Part shown: piece by piece, positions 40,018 to 50,175 of the stretch | Position numbering within the stretch: the first letter of the stretch is position 1 | Layout: the number at the start of each line of letters is the position of its first letter | Assembly (NCBI GenBank): GCA_965223665.1 | Contig: OZ245011.1 | Location: 320,001 to 384,000 of the forward strand | DNA from: Nitrospinaceae bacterium | GTDB taxonomy: Bacteria > Nitrospinota > Nitrospinia > Nitrospinales > Nitrospinaceae | Direction of reading: 5' to 3' | Length of the DNA: 64,000 nt | Position numbers and translations under genes: made by a program | Notes under the pieces: generated by a model | What the model saw: only the letters and a program-made list of their open reading frames with translations | What the model was told of the DNA's origin: nothing | Databases searched by the model: none

Positions 40018-42401
40018 AATGATTCTTCAGATGATTCAAGAGATTCAATGTTTTTATCTGGTGCTTTTTCGTCCAAAAAAGCTTCAAAAATAGCTTCTTC
40101 ATCATTAAAGGAAGCCTCCAACCCAGTTTTAGGATTAATTTTTGTGAATTTAATATCCTGGGGAATTGGAAAACTTTGAACGGGCCTTCCCCTTAGAGTT
40201 TCCTCCATGAATTTCAGCCAAATTGGAATTGCTGCCCGAGAACCTGTTTCATTCACACCCAATGATTCGTCCCTGTCTTTTCCAACCCAAACCCCTGTTA
40301 CCAATTCGGGCGTATACCCTATAAACCAAGCATCAATATAATTATTAGTAGTTCCAGTTTTAGCTGCAACGGGTCGTCCTAGCTTCCGAACCTTCATCCC
40401 GGTTCCTTCTTTTACAACGCTCTCTAATAGACTGGTTACTAAATAAGCTAAGCCGGGGGAGAATACTTGTTCCGTTTCAGGTTGTGAACTAAAAATTATT
40501 TCATCTTTTCGATTTTTAATAAAACGCACGGGCGTGGGTTCAATACGTTGCCCTTGATTAGCAAATACAGCGTATGCGGATACAATTTCAAAAAGAGTCA
40601 TGCCAGAAGAACCTAATGCAATAGACAAATTATTGTCTAAATGGCTTTCTATCCCTAATTTACGGGCTACCTCGATGGCTTTGTAAACACCAATATTTTG
40701 TAAAAGTTTAATTGTGACCACATTTCGCGAATGGGTCAATGCGGTACGAATTGAGGTGGGCCCAAAAAATTTCTTTTCAAAATTAACGGGTTTCCATTTA
40801 TCAAAAGTATCTTCTTTTTCTTTAAAAATAACTGGAGAGTCTATAATAATACTTGCCGGGGTATATCCATCTTCCAACCCCGCAGCAAAAATAATTGGTT
40901 TAAAAGCAGAACCTGGTTGACGAATTGCTTGTGTTGCTCGGTTGAATTGGCTTTTAGTGAAATCATATCCTCCGACCATTGCTTTAATATGACCCGTATA
41001 CGGGTCCAAAGAAATTAACCCTGACTGAACCTCGGGATCTTGTTCAAGTTCCAATTCCCAAGATCCACCTGGCGTTTCTTTAATCATTTTGACCCAAACA
41101 ATGTCTCCCGAAGAAAGAGCTTCTTTAACACTTTTTATTCTTACTCGTTTCCCATCTAACTTTATATTAGGTTTTCTTGCCCACTCCATTGACTCTAGAA
41201 AAATTAATCCCTCAGTTCTACCTAAATAAACCTTAGCTTTATTTTTACTTACATCGGTCACTATTCCTTTTACAATATCACCTTCCTGAAAGAGTCTATC
41301 CCCTATATCTTTATTCCATTCTTTTATTTTTTGATTTAATAATTCCAGATCTTGTTTAAAATCCTCTTTACCTTCAGGTCCCCGGTAACCATAACGTTTG
41401 TCAGCTTTTTTTAATCCAGTTTTTATGGCTTTTTGTGCATTCTCTTGAGCATTGATATCTAAAGTTGTGTGTATTTCTAATCCATCGCGGTACAATTTAT
41501 TGCTTCCATATTTTTCCTGGATGAACTGCCTTATATACTCGGTAAAATAGGGAGCGCGATTTAGTTTTTCCATTTCTCCCTGAAGTTTGATTTCCTCTTT
41601 GACAGATTCGCGCTTTTCCTTTTCGGAAATAAATCCCAAAGATGCCATACGGCGAATAACATGATTACGCCTCTTAAAGGCTTTTTTGTAATCGCGGTAA
41701 GGTGAATAATGATTTGGCGCCTTTGGAAGGGCAGCAATGGTAGCACATTCACTTATGCCTAATTCTCCAACTTTTTTTCCAAAATAAGTCCTGGCCGCTG
41801 ATTCTACGCCATAACTACCATGTCCGTAATAAATTTGGTTCAGATACATTTCCAAAATTTCATCTTTTGTGAAAACTAATTCCAAGCGAATTGCCAGAAT
41901 GGCTTCTTGAATCTTTCTTTTAAAACTTTTTTCGAATGAAAGGAATAAAGTTTTTGTTAACTGTTGAGTAATTGTGCTACCCCCTTCAACGACATGTCCT
42001 GCCTTTAAATTTGTTAGAAATGCTCTGAAAATTGCTTTTGGATCAATCCCAAAATGATGGTAAAAGTTAGAATCTTCGACTGCTAATGTTGCCTGTTTTA
42101 AACGAAGAGGAATTTTGGATAGAGGAATCAAAATTCTCTTTTCAATATAAAACTCTGCTATTAGTTCATCAGTATCAGAAAAAACTTTGGTGATGGTGCT
42201 GGGTGAATAATCCCTTAATTCTAATACGTCCGGTAATCCTTTAGAATATTTTGAATAAAGAATCCAGCCTCCTATAAAAGAAGTTATCAAAACAATAAAG
42301 AATATTGAAACCAGTGATCTGATTACAAATTTTTTCAGTTTTCCCGGTTTCTTTTTTTTATTTTTAAAAGGAGATTGATTCTTTAGGATTTTATCTTTCA
42401 T
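40014..42401 (-). CDS. mrcA: Penicillin-binding protein 1A with OB-like insertion
   Basis: EDSNFYHH.G, GGSTITQQL, RQPGSAFK, SRN, KTGTTN, and an insert (GYRGP...) typical of PBP1A. Confidence 0.92.
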   Translation of the reverse strand: MKDKILKNQSPFKNKKKKPGKLKKFVIRSLVSIFFIVLITSFIGGWILYSKYSKGLPDVLELRDYSPSTITKVFSDTDELIAEFYIEKRILIPLSKIPLRLKQATLAVEDSNFYHHFGIDPKAIFRAFLTNLKAGHVVEGGSTITQQLTKTLFLSFEKSFKRKIQEAILAIRLELVFTKDEILEMYLNQIYYGHGSYGVESAARTYFGKKVGELGISECATIAALPKAPNHYSPYRDYKKAFKRRNHVIRRMASLGFISEKEKRESVKEEIKLQGEMEKLNRAPYFTEYIRQFIQEKYGSNKLYRDGLEIHTTLDINAQENAQKAIKTGLKKADKRYGYRGPEGKEDFKQDLELLNQKIKEWNKDIGDRLFQEGDIVKGIVTDVSKNKAKVYLGRTEGLIFLESMEWARKPNIKLDGKRVRIKSVKEALSSGDIVWVKMIKETPGGSWELELEQDPEVQSGLISLDPYTGHIKAMVGGYDFTKSQFNRATQAIRQPGSAFKPIIFAAGLEDGYTPASIIIDSPVIFKEKEDTFDKWKPVNFEKKFFGPTSIRTALTHSRNVVTIKLLQNIGVYKAIEVARKLGIESHLDNNLSIALGSSGMTLFEIVSAYAVFANQGQRIEPTPVRFIKNRKDEIIFSSQPETEQVFSPGLAYLVTSLLESVVKEGTGMKVRKLGRPVAAKTGTTNNYIDAWFIGYTPELVTGVWVGKDRDESLGVNETGSRAAIPIWLKFMEETLRGRPVQSFPIPQDIKFTKINPKTGLEASFNDEEAIFEAFLDEKAPDKNIESLESSEESF

Positions 42402-42475
42402 GAATTATGGGAAGTTGATAGATTAGGAGTTTGTAAATGACTAGCTTAACTCGAATTAAGTTAAATTGGAAATAA

Positions 42476-42889
42476 CTAAATCCGACCCTCTTCAAGATCA
42501 ATAAGGTCAACCCACTTTTGAATATCTTTTCGATTTGAATCCAGTTGGTCTCGGAGTTCATAAAAACGCTTCCATTTTTCTGGAGAATCTGGTTGACTAT
42601 TTAATATAGAATCATTAATTTCTTCGATTTTTTCAGAAGAGTGGGATATGGCAAGTTTGGCTACCCAGGTTTTAATTTGGTTTTCCTCCATAGTGCAGGC
42701 TTTATCTGAAAACTCCTCTTTGTCAATTTTCAGAAAATCCAAAATAATGCTATCTAAAGGGCAGGGATAAATATAATCTCCCAATGTATTATTTTTATAA
42801 GCTCGTGCTTTATCGACCATTCTCCCAACATGAACCAAGTCTGAAATCTTTTCCTTAGGTGATCTTGGAAATTGAGAAGTTAAATCCAT
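42476..42889 (-). CDS. DUF5069-family protein
   Basis: DL....PRSP...L....RMVDKARA...LGDYIY.CPLD...DLIDLEEGR. Confidence 0.8.
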   Translation of the reverse strand: MDLTSQFPRSPKEKISDLVHVGRMVDKARAYKNNTLGDYIYPCPLDSIILDFLKIDKEEFSDKACTMEENQIKTWVAKLAISHSSEKIEEINDSILNSQPDSPEKWKRFYELRDQLDSNRKDIQKWVDLIDLEEGRI

Positions 42890-42941
42890 ATTTTTCTTCT
42901 GGAAGGTGAGGAATCAATATAGATAATAATCATTATTATTG

Positions 42942-43409
42942 TCAGTCTAATCGGACTCGATTTAACTGTCTATATAATTTTGATTTTTTAATTACTGAAG
43001 CGCCTTCTGTTCCAAGGTGATTTCTGAATAAGTCCAGGGTTGTCAGTTTGGGAAAACTTTCCGAAGCAGCGAAGTGCTTTGCTCCTTCTTCACCAATTTT
43101 ATTGAACTTAATAATTAGTTGATCCAATTCTGGAAAATTTGTAGATTCAGCTAAAGATAAAGCCCCTTTTTCAGTGATGTTATTTGATTTTAAATTTAAA
43201 ATTTTTAATTGGGTTAAATAAGGACTTTCCGCGATAGCGGCGACTCCTGTATCACTAATTTCGTTGTCTCCCAATTCCAAGCGGCTTACTTTAGATAAAA
43301 CTTCCATTTTCGATAAAGTGGTGACACCCTCATCTCCTAATTTACGATTCTCTAAATCTAATATACCATCCGAGTTCAGGTTGTTTTGTACTAATTGTTC
43401 GATATCCAT
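42942..43409 (-). CDS. Leucine-rich repeat protein (RI-like, about 28-aa repeats)
   Basis: Repeated L..L.L..N.I...GA..LA.S. Confidence 0.85.
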   Translation of the reverse strand: MDIEQLVQNNLNSDGILDLENRKLGDEGVTTLSKMEVLSKVSRLELGDNEISDTGVAAIAESPYLTQLKILNLKSNNITEKGALSLAESTNFPELDQLIIKFNKIGEEGAKHFAASESFPKLTTLDLFRNHLGTEGASVIKKSKLYRQLNRVRLD

Positions 43410-43530
43410 TTTTATGAATTTTAGAAGATTGAAAAATAATTATGTGACAGTGTATTGAATTTTTGTGGCGTGATCAACATTTCCTTGATAGGTTAATTCC
43501 TTTATTATTTTGACCTCTTAAAGGATTTAA

Positions 43531-46500
43531 ATGGCCGATAAAAAAATTGAGGGTATTTTTTCCTACCATGAACAAACCAAGCACCGTTATCAAGGGTATG
43601 CCAAGGGGCCTGGCCATTTAGATTGGGCTACTCAGCCTAATCCCTTTCGTCGTTTTCAGGAGGCTCCGCTGGTTTATTTACCTCCTATAGTTGAAGATGA
43701 ATCCCCTCCTTATTTCAAATTATTTGAATCTAGCCCAATTCCTTCCCAGGAAATTAATGTTTATCAGATTTCCCGATTTTTAGAATTATCTTTGGCAATA
43801 TCAGCGTGGAAACAAATGGGTGATTCGAAATGGGCCTTGAGGAGTAATCCATCTAGTGGAAACTTACACCCAACAGAAGGTTACTTAATTTTGGATTCGT
43901 TAAAAAATGTCCATAATCAAGCGGGGGTTTATCATTATGCCCCTGAGGAACATGGGTTAGAAAGAAGGACAGAGTTTTCTTCGCAATTGTTTAATGAATT
44001 AATAGAAGAAGTTCCGAAAGATGCCTTTTTAATGGGTCTTACTTCCATTCACTGGAGAGAAGCCTGGAAATATGGAGAGAGGGCTTTTCGTTATTGCCAA
44101 CATGATATTGGTCATGCCCTGGCTGCTTTAAGAATTGCGGCCGCAGTTCTGGGGTGGAATTTGATTTTAATTGAAGCTATAAGTGACATGCATTTGTCCC
44201 AATTGTTAGGCTTGGACCGTAAGGGTGATTTTTTAAATGCAGAATTAGAGCACCCTGATTTACTTGCTATTGTTACGAATTGTAAAACATCTAATGTTGT
44301 AACCAGTGGAATAAATACTGTTGCTCTAAACAAAATTGTCGATCAACCCTGGTTTGGAAAAGCTAATCGTCTTAGCTCTAATAATCGTATTTGGGATGCG
44401 ATTGACTTTGCAGCAGAGCATTCAATAAAAAATGAATCCAAATCTCTTAATTCTAATTTTCAAAGAACTTCTTATTCATTAACAAATTTTTCTTTAGAAT
44501 TGCGTCAAGAGAGAATTTCTTGCAGACAAATTATTCGCCAAAGAAGAAGTGCGGTTTCTTTTGATGGGGTTACTGGATTGACCGATCAGCAATTCTATTC
44601 AATTCTAATTCAAACCATTCACAATATTCCCTGGGATTGCACTACTTGGGAGCCTCGGATCCATCTGGCGTTATTTGTTCATCGAGTAAAGGGGATAAAG
44701 CCAGGCCTGTATTTTTTAGTGAGAAATAATTTAAAACTGGAAAATTTGAAAGAATCCATGAAGTCAGAATTTGTTTGGGAGAATCCCTCTGGTTGTCCAG
44801 ATGATTTAAATCTTTATTTGTTGCAGGAAGGTTCTTTTCAAACAATTGCATCCCGCGTGAGTTGTAATCAAGATATCGCCGGCCAAAGTGCTTTTAGTTT
44901 AGGGATGATTTCGGACTTTTCTTCTCCAATTAAAAGTGAGGGAGCTTGGTACTACAGAAGATTATTCTGGGAATCTGGAATGCTAGGTCAGATGCTTTAC
45001 TTAGCTGCCGAGTTTTCTGGTTTAAGGGGTACAGGGATTGGCTGTTATTTTGATGACCCGGTTCATGAAATTTTGGGCCTTCAAGACAACAGCTTTCAGA
45101 GTCTATATCATTTTACCATTGGAGGCGCAGTAGAAGATAAGCGATTATCTACTTTGCCATCTTATACCTGGTCGTGTGATTTGGTTCGTCCAAGGTTTGT
45201 TTCAAGAAATTCTGGTTGTGAAATAAATCCCAGTCAAAGGATTTTGAAAAGTTTGCCAGAAAAAGCAAAAGTGTCATGGAGGGGAAGGGGGTTATCCAGA
45301 ATTGGATTGGGTACAAGAAACTTTAGTTTGATAAACTCACAACACGAAACTTCTTTAATGTCCTATCTTAAGGGGCCAATGAATGTTGTTGAGGTTTCGC
45401 CGGATTGGACACATGGATCGGATGAGATATTATTGGGTGACTGTATAAATAAAACTTTGGAATCGGAATTAATGGAGGCTGAAGCCCTTTTTATAATTTC
45501 TAGAACAGGACCCGTACGGGGAAATAATTTAAGAATGTTTGAGGAAATGAACCGTCGTAATCAGCCTATTCCAAATATTTTTGATTTAAAGGAAGGTTTA
45601 GGCCATTGCCTCCACCCGGAGTTCCTCAATGACCAAATGTTAAGGTCTATACATCGTATAGGTTGCTCAAGTCTGGATTTATTACTAGTAGATGTGCCTT
45701 ATGCACTAGTAAAAATTCTGGGTAAGGTGGAATTGTTTAAACAATTAAAAATGTCCTCAGAGTTTTTACAAATGCAGTGTCAGAAAGGGAGATTGAAGGG
45801 GTTCGGAGTTTCTTTAGGTGATTTATTTCCAGAAAATGAAAACGCACCCTGGTTTACCCCTAAAGAAATTTTTCAAGTGTTTAGGGAGTTCCAAGGATTT
45901 CAGGCTGTAGAATTAGTAGGAAACTTTATAGAAAGCAGACCCTTTAAGGAATTCAATGGGAACAAATCTTTTATCCAAGAAATCAAAGAGAATGGATTGC
46001 TAACATTAGTTGGTACACCACTAAGAGCCCATTATGAAGGGCGAGAAATTTTGTTGATTGATTATCCAAATATCGAGGAAATAGATTCTGAAGCTAAATG
46101 GGATTGGGTACTGGGTGAGCTAGAATCCACAACAAACCAAATTCATTTATCTTCAATGGCGGATGGCAGAACATTAAAAGAGGTATTACAGGCCTCGGGG
46201 ATATCTTCACCGTTTTATTTTCGTCGGGCGGTTGAAACAGCTCAAAAATTTCAACCTCAGAATTATGATCAAGTAAATCAAGTGGAACAAAATATAAATA
46301 ACCTCTATTTACGTGCACGTGGGTTGGGTGAACAAGTTGTGCAAGCGCGGTTATGGGATCCCGCGCATTTTGATGAAAAGATGAATGAGGCGCATGAATT
46401 GTTAGACTGGGTAATACAATGTATTAAAATTCGTGGAAGCCAGGGAGAATCGAGCTTTTATGATGAAATTCGAGATAAGTATTTCCCAAACCTTAGTAAC

Positions 46501-46623
46501 GACATTTCTTTGCAGACCTTGGGAATATTGTGGTTATTTGATCATGGTGTGGATATTGTTCTTAATGGTATGAGGCGACAAAGTTATATCAACGAAGCTA
46601 AGGCAATATTAGAAGGATTGTAA
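43531..46623 (+). CDS. SagB/ThcOx-type (duplicated nitroreductase) protein fused to a degenerate aldo-keto reductase domain
   Basis: YHEQTKH, LRSNPSSGNLHPTE, WKYGERAFRY, RRSA, GTGIGCYFDD. C-terminal half IGLGT...HCLHPEFL..Q...S..R is AKR-like. Confidence 0.85.
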   Translation: MADKKIEGIFSYHEQTKHRYQGYAKGPGHLDWATQPNPFRRFQEAPLVYLPPIVEDESPPYFKLFESSPIPSQEINVYQISRFLELSLAISAWKQMGDSKWALRSNPSSGNLHPTEGYLILDSLKNVHNQAGVYHYAPEEHGLERRTEFSSQLFNELIEEVPKDAFLMGLTSIHWREAWKYGERAFRYCQHDIGHALAALRIAAAVLGWNLILIEAISDMHLSQLLGLDRKGDFLNAELEHPDLLAIVTNCKTSNVVTSGINTVALNKIVDQPWFGKANRLSSNNRIWDAIDFAAEHSIKNESKSLNSNFQRTSYSLTNFSLELRQERISCRQIIRQRRSAVSFDGVTGLTDQQFYSILIQTIHNIPWDCTTWEPRIHLALFVHRVKGIKPGLYFLVRNNLKLENLKESMKSEFVWENPSGCPDDLNLYLLQEGSFQTIASRVSCNQDIAGQSAFSLGMISDFSSPIKSEGAWYYRRLFWESGMLGQMLYLAAEFSGLRGTGIGCYFDDPVHEILGLQDNSFQSLYHFTIGGAVEDKRLSTLPSYTWSCDLVRPRFVSRNSGCEINPSQRILKSLPEKAKVSWRGRGLSRIGLGTRNFSLINSQHETSLMSYLKGPMNVVEVSPDWTHGSDEILLGDCINKTLESELMEAEALFIISRTGPVRGNNLRMFEEMNRRNQPIPNIFDLKEGLGHCLHPEFLNDQMLRSIHRIGCSSLDLLLVDVPYALVKILGKVELFKQLKMSSEFLQMQCQKGRLKGFGVSLGDLFPENENAPWFTPKEIFQVFREFQGFQAVELVGNFIESRPFKEFNGNKSFIQEIKENGLLTLVGTPLRAHYEGREILLIDYPNIEEIDSEAKWDWVLGELESTTNQIHLSSMADGRTLKEVLQASGISSPFYFRRAVETAQKFQPQNYDQVNQVEQNINNLYLRARGLGEQVVQARLWDPAHFDEKMNEAHELLDWVIQCIKIRGSQGESSFYDEIRDKYFPNLSNDISLQTLGILWLFDHGVDIVLNGMRRQSYINEAKAILEGL

Positions 46624-46762
46624 AAAAGGCTTTATGTCAATGTTTTCAATTAGCTGATGCCACTTTTTCTGCCCTTATAAATAGTAGAAAAGGGTTTGAT
46701 TTGGTGTTCCCAAAAATGATAAATTGAGGGAATAAGTTAACTCACTTTTGGGAGGTTACACT

Positions 46763-47125
46763 ATGAAAAAGTTCTTTTCTATTTTTACAACTCTTATCAT
46801 ATTATCATTGCCTTTATTTGCAATAGCCAGTGAAGGACCTATGAAAACTCCAAGTGGCGCTAATGCTGAAGCCGCGAAACATAATGACGAAGGAATAGAT
46901 CATTGGAACCAGGGCCATTTTGATGTAGCTTTAAAGCATTTCCAAGCTGCTTCCAAAATTGATCCAAGCATTGGAGAGATTCATTTTAATGAAGCGATTT
47001 CTTTAGATAAATTGGGTAAGCATGGAGAAGCTACCATGCATTTTAAAGCGGCAAAAGGCAAAGCTAATGGGAATAAAGCAATACTTAATTCAAATATCTT
47101 AAATGCTCATATTGGTGGTCATTAA
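46763..47125 (+). CDS. Secreted small TPR protein
   Basis: GGAGG RBS, signal peptide, two TPR motifs. Confidence 0.8.
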   Translation: MKKFFSIFTTLIILSLPLFAIASEGPMKTPSGANAEAAKHNDEGIDHWNQGHFDVALKHFQAASKIDPSIGEIHFNEAISLDKLGKHGEATMHFKAAKGKANGNKAILNSNILNAHIGGH

Positions 47126-47273
47126 TTAAACTCTGATTTTGAATTCAGCATAGATTATTGAAATTAATGAAGTAATTAAATTATTTGTTGGAGAACCTCA
47201 AATTTTTGCTAAGGTTTGTGCTATACTCCACGAATAATTTGACTTTATTTCATTATATAAGGAGTTTTTTGCC

Positions 47274-47807
47274 ATGATGGGAATTGGTTTCCCGGAATTG
47301 ATGGTTATATTAATCATCATTATGATCATTTTTGGTGCTGGTAAATTGCCTCAAATTGGCTCTGCTTTTGGACAAAGTATTAAAAACTTTAAATCCTCCA
47401 TGAAAGAAGCTGCGGAAGAAGAAGCAGCGGAAAGTGAAGCTTCGGAAGATTCAGCTGGAGAATCTCCCGTTGCTCAAGAGGGACAAGAAGGAGGAGAGAT
47501 TCCAAATAATCCAACAGAGACAGTTGCTGCCAATAAGGAAAGTACTGTAAAGTCTCAGGTTCAACCATCTTCTCAGCAGACGACCGCAACCCAGGGTACC
47601 AAGCCCAAAGATAAAAAGAAGGAAGAAAAGTCTGAAGAAGAGAAAATGATTGAAGATGCGATTAAAGAATTAAAAGAAAAACGTATTGGTACCATTAGAA
47701 CGCCGCATGACGGATTGGTTCAACAAAACGATGTTTTTACTGATTCATTAAAGCGCAATCCTTGGGGCAAAGGACGTGATCGTGGTGTTCAAAGGGACGT
47801 TTTATAA
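47274..47807 (+). CDS. tatA: Twin-arginine translocase TatA/E with a long C-terminal extension
   Basis: GIGFPEL..IL.II.IIFGAGKLPQIG..FGQSIKNFK. Confidence 0.9.
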   Translation: MMGIGFPELMVILIIIMIIFGAGKLPQIGSAFGQSIKNFKSSMKEAAEEEAAESEASEDSAGESPVAQEGQEGGEIPNNPTETVAANKESTVKSQVQPSSQQTTATQGTKPKDKKKEEKSEEEKMIEDAIKELKEKRIGTIRTPHDGLVQQNDVFTDSLKRNPWGKGRDRGVQRDVL

Positions 47808-47822
47808 AGAGTAATCATGATT

Positions 47823-48830
47823 TTAAGGTTCTTCATGGGAGGAAGCTCTCCCCCCTGAAGGCCTTAAAGCCATTTCCCATCCTAAAAATAATCCAATTCC
47901 AATCCAAACCAATTCTCGCACTCTCCTTACTAAGGAAACTGTTAGACCAAAATCAATTGACATTCCGAATGACTTAAAAATCCATACCAATCCTCCCTCC
48001 TGAGCCCCTAAGCTTAAAGGTATGAAAAAACTGCAAACTCTAATAAGTTGCGTTAAAGCTTCAATGAGCCAAAGTTTTTGAAGAGTCATTTCCATTCCCA
48101 AAAACCTGGTGGTTATGTAAAGCTCTAAGATACCTGTAATCCAACCTAAGAACCCAAAACCAATTGAAGCCCAAAACTCCTTAGAGTGCTTTTTATAGTA
48201 ATTAATCATCATTTGGTCTAATGCTATGAATTGAGAGAGAAAACCTTCTTCAGAATTTACCTTAAATAATTTTGATAAAAAATTAGAAAACTTACTTAAT
48301 CCTCCTGTAATTTGAAATATCAAAAATAAAAAAATTAAAGTAGAAAAAATAATAAGAGCAGTAAGACTTATTTGTATAAATTGACTGGAAATAGAAGATG
48401 AATGAAAGAGAAGGTAAACCCCTGGAAGAAAAAAAAAGATTAAAGAAATCAAAAGAGTAGTGCGGCCGACTACTTGGGAAGCCAATCCCTGTTTAAATCC
48501 CAAACTATGATGATCTTTTAACAATTGAGCTTTTACAGGCTCGCCGCCTAAGGTTCCTAAAGGTGTAAGAGCATTAAAAGATTCTCCTATGGTGCGTATT
48601 TTAAATAAACTAAAAACAGAAAAGTTTGTTGCTTCTTGAGGTTTAAAAGCGTATTTCCACGATAAAGTGTCCCACCATATAACTATCCCATAAGTGAGGA
48701 TAATCCAAACAAAGCCACTGCCAAATTTCTTCATTAATTCGAGCACAGAAGAAATATCTACTTTTTGGAGAACCCATGCAAATAATAGGACACCAAAAAT
48801 AATAAAGATAAACTTGAAACTTTTTGACAT
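47823..48830 (-). CDS. Lysylphosphatidylglycerol synthase TM / flippase-like membrane protein
   Basis: IGESFNALTPLGTLGGEPVK, IPLSLGAQEGG, LVRRVRELVW. Confidence 0.85.
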   Translation of the reverse strand: MSKSFKFIFIIFGVLLFAWVLQKVDISSVLELMKKFGSGFVWIILTYGIVIWWDTLSWKYAFKPQEATNFSVFSLFKIRTIGESFNALTPLGTLGGEPVKAQLLKDHHSLGFKQGLASQVVGRTTLLISLIFFFLPGVYLLFHSSSISSQFIQISLTALIIFSTLIFLFLIFQITGGLSKFSNFLSKLFKVNSEEGFLSQFIALDQMMINYYKKHSKEFWASIGFGFLGWITGILELYITTRFLGMEMTLQKLWLIEALTQLIRVCSFFIPLSLGAQEGGLVWIFKSFGMSIDFGLTVSLVRRVRELVWIGIGLFLGWEMALRPSGGRASSHEEP

Positions 48831-48949
48831 AGATTAGGTATGGAATAATCGCTAAAAATATTATTGCAATTAAGTGCTTTATTTGGAGGCGGCTAATAAA
48901 AAAATATTATAAGGGGTATTTAATGGGGAGCAAAAAAAATCTAATTTAT

Positions 48950-50140
48950 TTATCGGTCACACTCTCCACCGATCATATTGATCATATCAAAGGTAGGGAT
49001 GATATCGGCCAGCATTTGGCCTTTAACAATTTCTTCGACGCCGGCGGTCATAGTAAAGCAAGGAGGACGCACTCGGCATTTAAATGGTCGTCCACTTCCA
49101 TCACTGACTATATAAAAACCTAATTCACCATTGGCTGCCTCGGTTGCCATATAAACTTCACCCACAGGAGGTTTAAGGCCTTCAATTGTCATTTTAAAAT
49201 GTGCGATCATTTCTTCCATCTTAGAATAGACATCTTGCTTAGAAGGTTGACGCATATATGGGTTATCTACATTGATCGGACCATCGGGTATATCTTTCAT
49301 AGCTTGCTTAATAATTCGAAAGCTTTGCTTGATTTCTTCCATACGTACTAAGTACCTATCGAAATTATCTCCAACCGTTCCAATGGGAATATCAAAGTCA
49401 ATTTTATCGTAAACTAAATAGGGTTCAGCTTTTCGAATATCATAATCGACACCACAAGCACGTAAGCAGGGCCCTGTATAACCAAATGAAATTGCTGATT
49501 CTTTAGAAAGAATCCCTGTATCCCGCATACGATCGAGAAAAATTCTATTTTTAGTCAACAGTTTATCTACGTCTTCAAATAAAGAATCTAATTTGGGATA
49601 TACTGCTTTTAGATCATCGTCGAAGTCTGGAGGCAAATCACACATTAGACCCCCGATTCGGACATAGTTTGAAGTTAATCGCGCACCACATACTTTTTCA
49701 AGTAAATCCCAAATGATTTCCCGTGTTTCAACAAAATAAATAAAAGCAGTCAAAGCCCCTAATTCCAAAGCGGCTGCGGCAATATTCGTATAGTGGTCTG
49801 CTATTCTTGAAAGTTCGTTGGTTACTACCCTGATATATTGGCATCGTTCTGTAGCTTCAATTCCCAATAATTTTTCGACTGCAAGTGCATAGCCAATATT
49901 ATTCATAATTGCTGAACAATAATTCAATCTATCTGTATATGGGAACACATTAGTCCATGTAACGCTTTCACACATTTTTTCAAAACCACGGTGCAGATAA
50001 CCAACATCAATAACACAATCAACAACAGTTTCTCCATCCAGTGTTAATAGAAACTTGACCGTACCATGGGTAGCGGGGTGTGAAGGCCCCATATTCAAAA
50101 CTAAATGCTCAGTATGTAAACTTTCTTTTAAATCAGACAT
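48950..50140 (-). CDS. nuoD: NADH-quinone oxidoreductase subunit D
   Basis: NMGPSHPATHG, GYLHRGFEK, YTDRLNY, GECDR. No NiFe CxxC motifs. Confidence 0.95.
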   Translation of the reverse strand: MSDLKESLHTEHLVLNMGPSHPATHGTVKFLLTLDGETVVDCVIDVGYLHRGFEKMCESVTWTNVFPYTDRLNYCSAIMNNIGYALAVEKLLGIEATERCQYIRVVTNELSRIADHYTNIAAAALELGALTAFIYFVETREIIWDLLEKVCGARLTSNYVRIGGLMCDLPPDFDDDLKAVYPKLDSLFEDVDKLLTKNRIFLDRMRDTGILSKESAISFGYTGPCLRACGVDYDIRKAEPYLVYDKIDFDIPIGTVGDNFDRYLVRMEEIKQSFRIIKQAMKDIPDGPINVDNPYMRQPSKQDVYSKMEEMIAHFKMTIEGLKPPVGEVYMATEAANGELGFYIVSDGSGRPFKCRVRPPCFTMTAGVEEIVKGQMLADIIPTFDMINMIGGECDR

Positions 50141-50175
50141 AAGATATTGTTAGGAAACTTTCCACTTCTATAATT

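Noticed and set aside
43531-45170. Thiazole/oxazole RiPP (TOMM) cluster
   Set aside because: There is no YcaO, E1-like protein, transporter or Cys/Ser/Thr-rich precursor nearby.
48950-50140. Group 4 [NiFe]-hydrogenase large subunit
   Set aside because: It has no N- or C-terminal CxxC Ni ligands, and the quinone-site His and Tyr motifs of NuoD are present.
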